Of a DNA stretch of 64,000 nt, positions 1 to 7,573 are shown in pieces; position 1 is the first letter of the stretch; the number at the start of each line of letters is the position of its first letter. Origin of the DNA: an uncultured Acidobacteriota bacterium (GTDB lineage Bacteria; Acidobacteriota; Thermoanaerobaculia; Multivoradales; JAHEKO01); the NCBI GenBank assembly GCA_963713825.1, contig CAVQNG010000003.1, positions 1,760,001 through 1,824,000 of the forward strand. Reading direction: 5' to 3'. The notes under the pieces are model-generated. The model ran no database searches. It was not told the DNA's origin and was given only the letters and a program-made list of their open reading frames with translations. Both the position numbers and the translations under genes were made by a program.

Positions 1-1183
1 AAACTCCGCCACGGGTCTGAGCCAGGATATTGGTGCCATGAGCGATGGCGAAGGACAGGAGAAAGACCAGGCTGGCTGCGGCTCCAGCGGTGGCCACGTC
101 CGGAACGAGGAGAAGGACTGCCAGGACCACAGCGACCGTTGCCACGATTGCCGTCATCGGTGTGCCGCGAGTCGAGTGGATGAAGCCGATGCTCTCGGGC
201 AGGCTTCGATCTCGAGCCATGGTCAACGCCACCCGTGAGGCGGCGAGGAGGTTGGCGTGGAGGGCGGACAGCATGGAGAGCACCGCAGCGACGATGACCA
301 GCCAGAATCCGAAGGGGCCGAGAAAATTTCTTGCGGCCTGTGCCACCACCGTAGCGGGATTCTGCTGGCTCATCTCCAAGATCGAGCCGCCTGCGTCCAC
401 TCCGACAGTCGTGATGACGAAAAGCAGGGGAAGGTAGGTGGCCAGGGCAATCGCGAGCGACAGGATCATTGCTCTTGGAATCGTCTTGCGGGCATCTCGA
501 ACCTCGCCGCCGACGGCGGCGATCAGATCGAAGCCTTGCAGGGCGATGAAGGTGAAGCCCATGGCCTGAAACAGCCCCAGGGAGCCGCCGGGGAAGAAGG
601 GCCTCAGATTCGTTACCGCCGCGTCGGGAGATCGCTGAGCCAGCGCCCACAGGCCTCCCGCGATCAAGACGACGAAGACCAGAATCTTGCCCACGGTGGC
701 CCACTGTCGGCCTCCTGGGCTACTCCGCACCAGTCCGACGCCGTAGAAGAGGATCGCGCCAGTCGCTAGAACGACCAGGACTACCCGGTGGCTCACCCAT
801 TCGAAGCTTCTACCGAAGCTGGCTTGCAAGATGGTGTCGACAGCAGTGGCAGCGTAGGCAGCGAAACCCAACGCGTAGAGGACTGCGGCGACGATCGACG
901 CCATCCAGACCACCCAACCCACAAGAAAGGCCGCCTCGCCCTCGAGCACCTTCTTGGCGAAAGAGTAGGTGCCTCCCGATTCGGGAAAGGCTGACGACAT
1001 TTCGGCGAAGCTCAGCACCGTGAGGAACGCGATCAGGCCATTCAGGGCGAAGGCCAGCATTGCGCTGGGGCCGGTGGCTGAAAAAGCCACCCCTGCCAGA
1101 GCCAGGATTCCTCCCCCGACGATGGCACCCACACCGATACCGGTGGCTCCCCAGAAGCCGATGGATCTTTGGTCTTCCGACAC
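1..1183 (-). CDS. APC-family amino acid permease (3' end runs off the window)
   Basis: Not in the ORF track; translated by hand from GTG at 1183 (GAAGGA upstream): MSEDQRSIGFWGATGIGVGAIVGGGILALAGVAFSATGPSAMLAFALNGLIAFLTVLSFAEMSSAFPESGGTYSFAKK. This has the APC TM1 (G-x-x-V-G-G-G-I) and E-x5-P-x-S-GG-x-Y motifs. Confidence 0.9.
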   Translation of the reverse strand, partial: MSEDQRSIGFWGATGIGVGAIVGGGILALAGVAFSATGPSAMLAFALNGLIAFLTVLSFAEMSSAFPESGGTYSFAKKVLEGEAAFLVGWVVWMASIVAAVLYALGFAAYAATAVDTILQASFGRSFEWVSHRVVLVVLATGAILFYGVGLVRSSPGGRQWATVGKILVFVVLIAGGLWALAQRSPDAAVTNLRPFFPGGSLGLFQAMGFTFIALQGFDLIAAVGGEVRDARKTIPRAMILSLAIALATYLPLLFVITTVGVDAGGSILEMSQQNPATVVAQAARNFLGPFGFWLVIVAAVLSMLSALHANLLAASRVALTMARDRSLPESIGFIHSTRGTPMTAIVATVAVVLAVLLLVPDVATAGAAASLVFLLSFAIAHGTNILAQTRGGV

Positions 1184-1246
1184 GGATGTTTCCTTCGAGC
1201 AGTGCTGGGAAGGGTTCTCGGAAGCCTCCAGCCCGCCCGTAATTGG

Positions 1247-2191
1247 TTACCTCAAGTTTCGCATTCGTTTGGAGATGAGGGAAGGCACAGAAAGGACGGG
1301 ACAACTCGCCGTCTGAATGACCCGCTTCGCTACGCTGCCCAGGAATTCTCGGCCAGCAGCGAACGAACCGCGTCCACCCAGTGCGATGACATCGACTTCT
1401 TCCTGATTCGCTGCCCGCACGATCTCCGCGGCCGGTATTCCGTCGCGCAACAGCACACGAGCTGCGGCCCCATCCAGTCCGAATGTGTTCGAGAGTACAG
1501 CCAGCCTCTCCTTCAGAAGAGCCCGGCATTCTGCGACGTACTCTCCCCACAACTGACTCACTGCGATGTCCCTGTCCAAGCCCTTCGGCGTGTGGAGGAC
1601 CGAAAGCAGCAACATGGACACGTCGCGCTCATGGACGCGGAAGATCTCCTGAGCCGCGATGGCTGCAGCGTCGGCTTCGATGGAGAAATCAGTAGCGACG
1701 AGAATTCGGTGGGGAAGAGAGGCTCCCAGCCTCGCCTTCGGCCCGACGCTCAGAACGGGACAACTCGCCCCTTCGGCCACGCGCTCGGTGGTGCTGCCCA
1801 CCAAAAGGTCGTCGACGCCCCCCTCACCTCGAGTGCCCATCACGATGAGACCAGCCCGCTCCCAATCCGCCACTTTCAAGATCGACACCGAGGGTCGATC
1901 GTGAAGGAGGTGGCTCTGCACAGGCTGATCCGGGCTCCGAATGCTTTCTGCCAACTCTGCCAGGCGACGATCTGCGTCCCCGATTGAGACCTCGGCGAGC
2001 GGAGACAAGATGTCGTGTCGGCTAAGCAGAGGTAACGTCCGGGACACCGCGTGGACCAAATGGAGTTGCGCCCCATGGGTGCGAGCGATCGTCATGGCCC
2101 ACGAGAGGGCCACATCCGATGGATCCGAGAAGTCGGTAGCGGAGACGATCGACCGCAGGGTGCGGGCGGACGGTTGGTTCACAGATTCCAT
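1247..2191 (-). CDS. Universal stress protein, tandem USP domains
   Basis: Two copies of ATDFS, plus LIVMGTRG...LLVGSTTERV...CPVL and IALGGRG...FLGSVAKRV...CPVL. Confidence 0.93.
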   Translation of the reverse strand: MESVNQPSARTLRSIVSATDFSDPSDVALSWAMTIARTHGAQLHLVHAVSRTLPLLSRHDILSPLAEVSIGDADRRLAELAESIRSPDQPVQSHLLHDRPSVSILKVADWERAGLIVMGTRGEGGVDDLLVGSTTERVAEGASCPVLSVGPKARLGASLPHRILVATDFSIEADAAAIAAQEIFRVHERDVSMLLLSVLHTPKGLDRDIAVSQLWGEYVAECRALLKERLAVLSNTFGLDGAAARVLLRDGIPAAEIVRAANQEEVDVIALGGRGSFAAGREFLGSVAKRVIQTASCPVLSVPSLISKRMRNLR

Positions 2192-2221
2192 TCAGATTCC
2201 TTAGCGCCGACCGTCTCGGAT

Positions 2222-4597
2222 TCAGACCTTCTGCTCGTGGATCTCGGCAAGAGTCAACTCCTTGAGGTGTTCCACCAGAGACACCAAGTGACGAATCTGT
2301 ATCTCCCAGATCGCCCTGCCCTTTTCCGCGGTGGCGAGGGTCGGATCGCCAAAAACGCCTGACTTCGAGATGTGCTCCGTTCTAGCGTACCAGCCAACGC
2401 TGTACTTGGAGGTGAAGTCCAGATACTTGGAGGAGAACTTCGGCACGAGTGCCTTCGCCTTCTTCATGTCGACCAACTCGGGCCGAACGGCGAGCGATGT
2501 GCTGGTCTCGATCTCGCCGGCGTGGACGTCATTCTTGGTCTCGGTGATGGCATAGATGTCCGTATCGCTAGTCTCGCCGCTGTCGACGCAGGTGAAGATC
2601 CGGGTGTCGCGGTTGATCATCTGAGCCGCATGGTGCAGGGTCGCCGAGTTTCCGCCGTGGCCGTTGATGATGATCAACTTGGCAATGCCGTTGCGCGCCG
2701 CACTGACTCCGACATCGTAAACGAACCTGGCCAAAGACTCGTTCGACACGCTCAGCGTGCCTGGAAAGCTGTCGTGATGATACGAAACACCATATGGGAT
2801 CAACGGAAGGACCAGGGGCCGAGGTTCTTGACAGGCCTTGGCCACCTCGTGGGCGAGATAGTCGGCGTCGAACGCATCGGTGTCCACGGGCAGGTGAGGG
2901 CCGTGCTGCTCGATCGCTCCAACCGGGAGCAGCGCTATGTCCACGCCCCGCAGGATCTTCTTCGCTTCCGGCCACGAGAGCTGGGCCCATTCATATCGTC
3001 CGTCGGCTGGCCTAGCGTTCTTGAGGCGTGGTCCCGAAGCGGGGTTTGGACCCGGCTTGGCGAGTAGGTTCTTGGCATTCAGGGCTGGATCGCCCAGCAG
3101 ATCGAATGGCACCCACTGTTTGCCATGATGCCGAAGAGACCCTTCGGCGTGCGACAGGAGAATCTCGTACAGGCGCCTCCGAATAGGCAAGGGCACCTCA
3201 TCGATCGGCGAGCGGTCCCTGTGGAAGCGCAGCATCAGCGGCTCGCGGCGGCGAGCGGCGCGGACATTGCCGATTCGGGGCTCGGAGATCAGCTGCTTTT
3301 CATGGAGTAGGGCCCCCATGTGCTCGACAGCAGCTCGTTCTTGGTGCACTCCCTTGTCGACCAAGCTTCTCAGGATTCCCTCCACCTGATCGGCTCGGTA
3401 GCCTGCCAGCGATGGGTTCAGATCGCAGGCCAGCAGCATCCCGGCGATCCGGCGGCACTTCTCGCACTTGCCGCAGGGGAGCATCTTGCCATCCACCTCA
3501 TGGGCCGCATGGCAGGAGACCTGCAGCTCGAGCAAGGATGGGTAGCGCTCGGCCAGGGTCTTCTGGATGAGGAGCTCCGACATGGGCCTCAGAGCGGAAA
3601 GCTGCCGGACTCCCCAGTGCTTTTTCGCGTAGTAGCGGCTCAGAGCATGGTCGAAGTAGCGGCTCTGATCATAGAGGCCATCGAAGTGCGGAACTCCCCT
3701 ATGGGAGGCCTTGACAGTGGTGTCGTATTCGTCGCCGATCAGCAGGTGACCGATTCCCCGCTTGCGGAGCAATGGAAGTGCTCCGAAAAGGAACACAGCG
3801 ACGGTCCACAGACGAATCGGATACTCGTCCGATCGCAGACGTTGAAAGTCGGGGCGTACGAGGGACAAATGCCGCAGCATCCAGTTGAAGATCCGGTCCG
3901 AGTTGGTCCAGACCCGGGAGGTGTTTGGCACTGTCCGCCTGAACTCGCGGAAAGCGTTGATGGCGGTGAACCAGTGACGGCCCGACTCGTTGATGTAGAT
4001 CGGATGCACGTCGCACTCCAGCTCACGGAGCAGGCCAAAGGTAAGGAGGCTGTCCTTGCCGCCGCTGGAGAGAACCGAGTACAGGTCCGAGTCGCCCTGC
4101 CAGCCAGTGAAGGTTCCGGCGACTGCGGGCTCGAAGAGGACCCGAGCGTTTACGTAGTTGTCTCGTCGCTCGAGGGGCAGGCCAGCAAACTCGGGCGTCA
4201 AGAAGGCGTTGGGCTGTTGGATCTTCTTGACGTAGATCTCGCGTGCGGTATTGGCGAGCATCTCCTGGACGAATCGTCGATCCGTAGCATCGAAGTGGCC
4301 ATCAAACACGATCTCCTTGCAGAACAGACCGTAGTTCAGAGCCACCTGAACCGCGATCATGCTCGCCAGGTTCGAGCTGGCGGGATCCTCCGGGTCGAAG
4401 ACCTCCTCTTCGTAGCGGTACGTAAGCCTCTCTTCGTAGGTGTTCCCGTCTCTGGATACGACGAATGGTGCGATGAGCTGATTCGGCTTCGTGATGACCG
4501 GACCAACGGTCAGCTTGTCGATAACCTGGAGAACCGAAAGGGGATCCTCTTTCCCGATCGCTCGGCCTTGCTGGAGGTGGGCTTCGGTGGCGGACAT
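2222..4597 (-). CDS. Fusion protein: N-terminal PP-loop adenylating domain (MurL/QueC-like, Zn site) and C-terminal creatininase/MftE-family amidohydrolase
   Basis: PP-loop SSGGKDS, SALRPMSELLI and SCH-x11-CGKCEKC in the N-terminal ~520 aa. Creatininase motifs LPVGAIEQHGPHLPVDTD, YGVSYHH, NGHGGN and HAGEIETS in the last ~260 aa. RBS GAGAGG upstream. Confidence 0.85.
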   Translation of the reverse strand: MSATEAHLQQGRAIGKEDPLSVLQVIDKLTVGPVITKPNQLIAPFVVSRDGNTYEERLTYRYEEEVFDPEDPASSNLASMIAVQVALNYGLFCKEIVFDGHFDATDRRFVQEMLANTAREIYVKKIQQPNAFLTPEFAGLPLERRDNYVNARVLFEPAVAGTFTGWQGDSDLYSVLSSGGKDSLLTFGLLRELECDVHPIYINESGRHWFTAINAFREFRRTVPNTSRVWTNSDRIFNWMLRHLSLVRPDFQRLRSDEYPIRLWTVAVFLFGALPLLRKRGIGHLLIGDEYDTTVKASHRGVPHFDGLYDQSRYFDHALSRYYAKKHWGVRQLSALRPMSELLIQKTLAERYPSLLELQVSCHAAHEVDGKMLPCGKCEKCRRIAGMLLACDLNPSLAGYRADQVEGILRSLVDKGVHQERAAVEHMGALLHEKQLISEPRIGNVRAARRREPLMLRFHRDRSPIDEVPLPIRRRLYEILLSHAEGSLRHHGKQWVPFDLLGDPALNAKNLLAKPGPNPASGPRLKNARPADGRYEWAQLSWPEAKKILRGVDIALLPVGAIEQHGPHLPVDTDAFDADYLAHEVAKACQEPRPLVLPLIPYGVSYHHDSFPGTLSVSNESLARFVYDVGVSAARNGIAKLIIINGHGGNSATLHHAAQMINRDTRIFTCVDSGETSDTDIYAITETKNDVHAGEIETSTSLAVRPELVDMKKAKALVPKFSSKYLDFTSKYSVGWYARTEHISKSGVFGDPTLATAEKGRAIWEIQIRHLVSLVEHLKELTLAEIHEQKV

Positions 4598-5682
4598 GAA
4601 CCTCTCTCCTTGGAGTTCAAGAAGGGCTGAAGCGCGTCAATGACGGCTCCACACCCTTCGCGTAAGGGATAGCAGGCAGGTAGTCCCGTTCTCTGTTGGG
4701 TACTCTTCTTTGCAGACGATGCTGCGTGTGTCGCTAGATGCTCGTCGTTCAGTGTGATCGCAACCACTGGCTTTCCAGAGATCAACTCGATGGCCTCGAT
4801 CTGGGTTTCCAGCGGGTGAATTGGATAGCCCGGAAAGCCGTCGTACTCGGCTCGGGCCGGAGCATGCTGCAACACGACGACGTCTGGTCGCCCGGCTGCC
4901 AGAAGCTCGAAGCCTCCAGGATAGGCGGGGTTCATCAAGCTGCCCTGTCCTTCCAACAGGATCACATCTGGGCGCTCTTCGTTCCATGCCGTCCATACGG
5001 CATGCTCGATTTCACCGGTTACAAAGTCGTTGACCAGGGAGTCCAGGATGACCCCGTATCGAGCCCCTTGCATCCAGGCGGTCTGTCCGGTACCCACTAG
5101 TTCTGTAGAGCGGCCTCGGATTTCCAGTCCGTCTCGCAACATCCAGGCGGTTGTACGTTTTCCGACAGCCGAGTCCGTTCCCAGCACAGCGACCTTCAGG
5201 CACGCGACTTCCTCGATCTTGCCGCTGAAGAAGTGCATATTCTTGATTGGAGGGGGCTTTCGCACATCACGAATCTTCACACCACGCTCAGCTGCGGCAG
5301 CCGAAATCTCGGCATCGTCGCTCAGGAATTCGTGCAACCCCGAGTCGATATTCAACCCTGCATGGATGGCATCAAGAACGTTCCGTCGTCCAGATTCTGG
5401 CAAGCGACCTCCGTCTGGTGCCAACCCGACGACGAAGTGGGTGGCAGGAGCGCCCTGCAACCGAGCTTTCAAGAGCGCCTCGGAAAGATCCTCAGTAATC
5501 CGGATTCCGTTCCAGTTGTGGTCGAGAACCTCTCCTGCATCGCGCCCGGCCAGGCCGGAATCAACAACGGCCAGGATTCGATATCGCGCAGAGCGGCGAA
5601 CCAGTCCGTGGGCCGTTTTCCCGTAGGTAGTGCCAAATGCACCTTCGCAATACACGATTGCATTGCCTTCTGGATGTTTCAT
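4510..5682 (-). CDS. DUF1611 family protein (DgcN D-glutamate N-acetyltransferase-like)
   Basis: GKTAHGLVR, GLAPDGGRLP, SGLHEFLSDD, GTDSAVGKRTT, TGQTAWMQG, EGQGSL and VVLQHAPAR are characteristic DUF1611 motifs. Confidence 0.88.
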   Translation of the reverse strand: MKHPEGNAIVYCEGAFGTTYGKTAHGLVRRSARYRILAVVDSGLAGRDAGEVLDHNWNGIRITEDLSEALLKARLQGAPATHFVVGLAPDGGRLPESGRRNVLDAIHAGLNIDSGLHEFLSDDAEISAAAAERGVKIRDVRKPPPIKNMHFFSGKIEEVACLKVAVLGTDSAVGKRTTAWMLRDGLEIRGRSTELVGTGQTAWMQGARYGVILDSLVNDFVTGEIEHAVWTAWNEERPDVILLEGQGSLMNPAYPGGFELLAAGRPDVVVLQHAPARAEYDGFPGYPIHPLETQIEAIELISGKPVVAITLNDEHLATHAASSAKKSTQQRTGLPACYPLREGCGAVIDALQPFLNSKERGSCPPPKPTSSKAERSGKRIPFRFSRLSTS

Positions 5683-6755
5683 TTCTTCCTCCCTGTGAGG
5701 ATTGCTACGTATCGGTCGCCTGAGAACGGGTCTTCAGAATGTCTCTCGAGTAGAGAGATCAGGCCAGCGGTCGCTGCCGGCAGTACATTCAGACTCTCCT
5801 CCTCCGCCAGCTTGCGAGTCGTCTGGAGCATCGCTTTGTCACTGACATTGGATGCCCAGCCACCGCTCGATCGGATCGCGTCGAGGGCGAGATCGCCGTC
5901 CAGAGAGTTCCAATTGATCAGGGGCTCGTTGACAGCGGTTTCGCGAATCTTCTCCGGACTTAGTGGCTCACAGTGGAGCAGATTCTTGCGGTAGGAGCGA
6001 ACAATGGGATTCTTGCCGTAGGTGGAGCCCGCCGCCATGCGAGGAATGCGCGACGTCTTACCCCTTCTGTAGAGGCTGATGAAACCCTTGTGGATTCCCG
6101 CCAGGGTCGTTCCGTTCGAAACTGGAACTGCTACCACTGCGGGTGCGTCCCTCAGCTCGTCGTAGATCTCGTAGGCGATCTGTCCGTAGGCGCTGAGCTG
6201 AATCGCGGTGTTGGCGCCGCCCGGATTGGCATCGTAGAACTCGTGTTGGTCCGCCAGCTGTTGCGAGGCTTCGACCGCACGTTCGTAGTCGCCCGGCACC
6301 CGGCGAATCGTGGCCCTCTCGGATTCGATCTCCTGGATCCGTCGTGTTTGGTACCCGGCTGGAATCAGAATCACCGCTTCGAGCCCGGCCAGTCGAGCTG
6401 CCTCGGCGACGGCTACTCCGTAGTTACCGCAGGTGGCCACGGTGACGGTGTCGAAACCACGGCGCAGCGCATCCATGACCTGAGCGAAGGCGATGCGGTC
6501 CTTCTGGGTGCCGCTGGGGTTCGCGCCTTCGAACTTCAGGAACAGCTGGCGCAGGCCGGTCTCCCGCTCGAGGTGGCGGCCGCGGGTCAACGCTGTATCA
6601 CCGACCTCCGACTCGAAGATGTCCTCGTACCATTCGAGACGCTCCTCGATTGAGAGCTCCGGATCGGCGGCGCTCTCCATGGCCTTGCGGATACGAGGTC
6701 CTTGTAGCGGTTGGCCCACCGCGCCGTCCAGCAGGTTGAAACTCTGCTCGCTCAT
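5679..6755 (-). CDS. PLP-dependent fold-type II enzyme, threonine synthase-like
   Basis: LKFEGANPSGTQKDR (PLP lysine), ATCGNYG, VPVSNGTTLAG and ILTG. Start moved to ATG 6755 (MSEQSF) to avoid overlap with the upstream CDS. ATGA overlap with the DUF1611 gene. Confidence 0.88.
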   Translation of the reverse strand: MSEQSFNLLDGAVGQPLQGPRIRKAMESAADPELSIEERLEWYEDIFESEVGDTALTRGRHLERETGLRQLFLKFEGANPSGTQKDRIAFAQVMDALRRGFDTVTVATCGNYGVAVAEAARLAGLEAVILIPAGYQTRRIQEIESERATIRRVPGDYERAVEASQQLADQHEFYDANPGGANTAIQLSAYGQIAYEIYDELRDAPAVVAVPVSNGTTLAGIHKGFISLYRRGKTSRIPRMAAGSTYGKNPIVRSYRKNLLHCEPLSPEKIRETAVNEPLINWNSLDGDLALDAIRSSGGWASNVSDKAMLQTTRKLAEEESLNVLPAATAGLISLLERHSEDPFSGDRYVAILTGRKK

Positions 6756-6780
6756 CGACCTGATCTCGGGGGTAGGATGC

Positions 6781-7320
6781 CTAGCGTTTTGGGCCGCCCC
6801 GCGGGCGGTGAATCCGTCTGTCGACAATGACCGAAGGGTTGTCGTACTCGAAGTCGTCATCCGGCAGATCGTCATCGATCTCGTCGAATCCGAGATCCTC
6901 GCTCACGTCGGGCCCTGTCGATATCCAATCAACTCGAGCCGGTCGCTCCTGTCTCAAGGTCGATTTAAGCTCCTCAAAGGACTCGCAGAGCTGGTCCCAG
7001 GAGTCACCGATGCGCTCGACGACATCCTCTCGGGAGGCGTTGCCCTGCGCAAAGCAGCTCCTGATCTCCATGCGAAGCATGAGGGCTTCGCGGTAGATCT
7101 CCTCGGCCTCCACGGCGAGATTGGGGAGCTCGTTCGCATCGTCATAGGTGGAACGGGCTTCGAGCCCGGCCACTCGGGCCATGAAGCGCTTGAGCTCTCG
7201 GTCGAGATCCTTGAGGTATCTCTTCCCGGATCTCGCGGCAGATCTCTCGCTGCTGTGGGCTCCGACAACCCATTCATCCTGCTGTCGATCACGGTGCCTG
7301 GGCGTTGCCTTCTTGCTCAT
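6781..7320 (-). CDS. Hypothetical protein (helical core, very acidic C-terminal segment); first gene of the sigma54 operon
   Basis: 179-aa ORF with strong RBS (GGAGGAAGGAAC-ATG) directly downstream of the -24/-12 promoter; tail DLGFDEIDDDLPDDDFEYD. Confidence 0.7.
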   Translation of the reverse strand: MSKKATPRHRDRQQDEWVVGAHSSERSAARSGKRYLKDLDRELKRFMARVAGLEARSTYDDANELPNLAVEAEEIYREALMLRMEIRSCFAQGNASREDVVERIGDSWDQLCESFEELKSTLRQERPARVDWISTGPDVSEDLGFDEIDDDLPDDDFEYDNPSVIVDRRIHRPRGGPKR

Positions 7321-7383
7321 GTTCCTTCCTCCAGTGGTTCGTCCTGTGCTCGAATTTGTGGAGCGTAGACGAGGAGTCCAAAG

Positions 7384-7399
7384 GCAAATTGGATGCCAA
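7384..7399 (-). promoter_or_regulatory. Sigma54 (-24/-12) promoter of the leftward operon
   Basis: Minus strand reads TTGGCATCCAATTTGC, i.e. GG-N10-GC matching TGGCAC-N5-TTGC. It lies 63 nt upstream of the 7320 start and next to a bEBP gene. Confidence 0.88.
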
Positions 7400-7493
7400 T
7401 TCCGCCCAGGCGCTCCAGAACCTGAAGAGAGTAGTCATTCTGCTGCGATTTCCAGTATTGGAGGATTTCGAATCAGGGGGGCGGCGGTATGTT

Positions 7494-7552
7494 TCGGAAT
7501 AAGAATACCGACAAGAAAAGAATTGATTTACCGATCGGAAATAGAATACAGT
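7494..7552. promoter_or_regulatory. Three tandem imperfect 18-bp sites, probable bEBP enhancer (UAS)
   Basis: TCGGAATAAGAATACCGA (7494-7511), AAAGAATTGATTTACCGA (7517-7534) and TCGGAAATAGAATACAGT (7535-7552), in an AT-rich patch about 95-155 bp upstream of the sigma54 promoter. Confidence 0.6.
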
Positions 7553-7573
7553 TTCAGTCGGGAGGACGACCCT

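Noticed and set aside
2222-4597. Reading the PP-loop protein as QueC (queuosine) or QatC (anti-phage QatABCD)
   Set aside because: No queD/queE/queF, or qatA/qatB/TatD neighbours; the context is amino-acid metabolism and the motifs fit MurL better.
2222-7320. RiPP cluster interpretation (MftE-like peptidase plus precursor)
   Set aside because: No short precursor, RRE/PqqD domain or radical SAM gene is visible; creatininase homology alone is insufficient.
7148-7573. 142-aa N-terminal extension of the bEBP given in the ORF track
   Set aside because: It overlaps the divergent gene, the sigma54 promoter and the enhancer sites; a GGAGG RBS supports ATG 7574.
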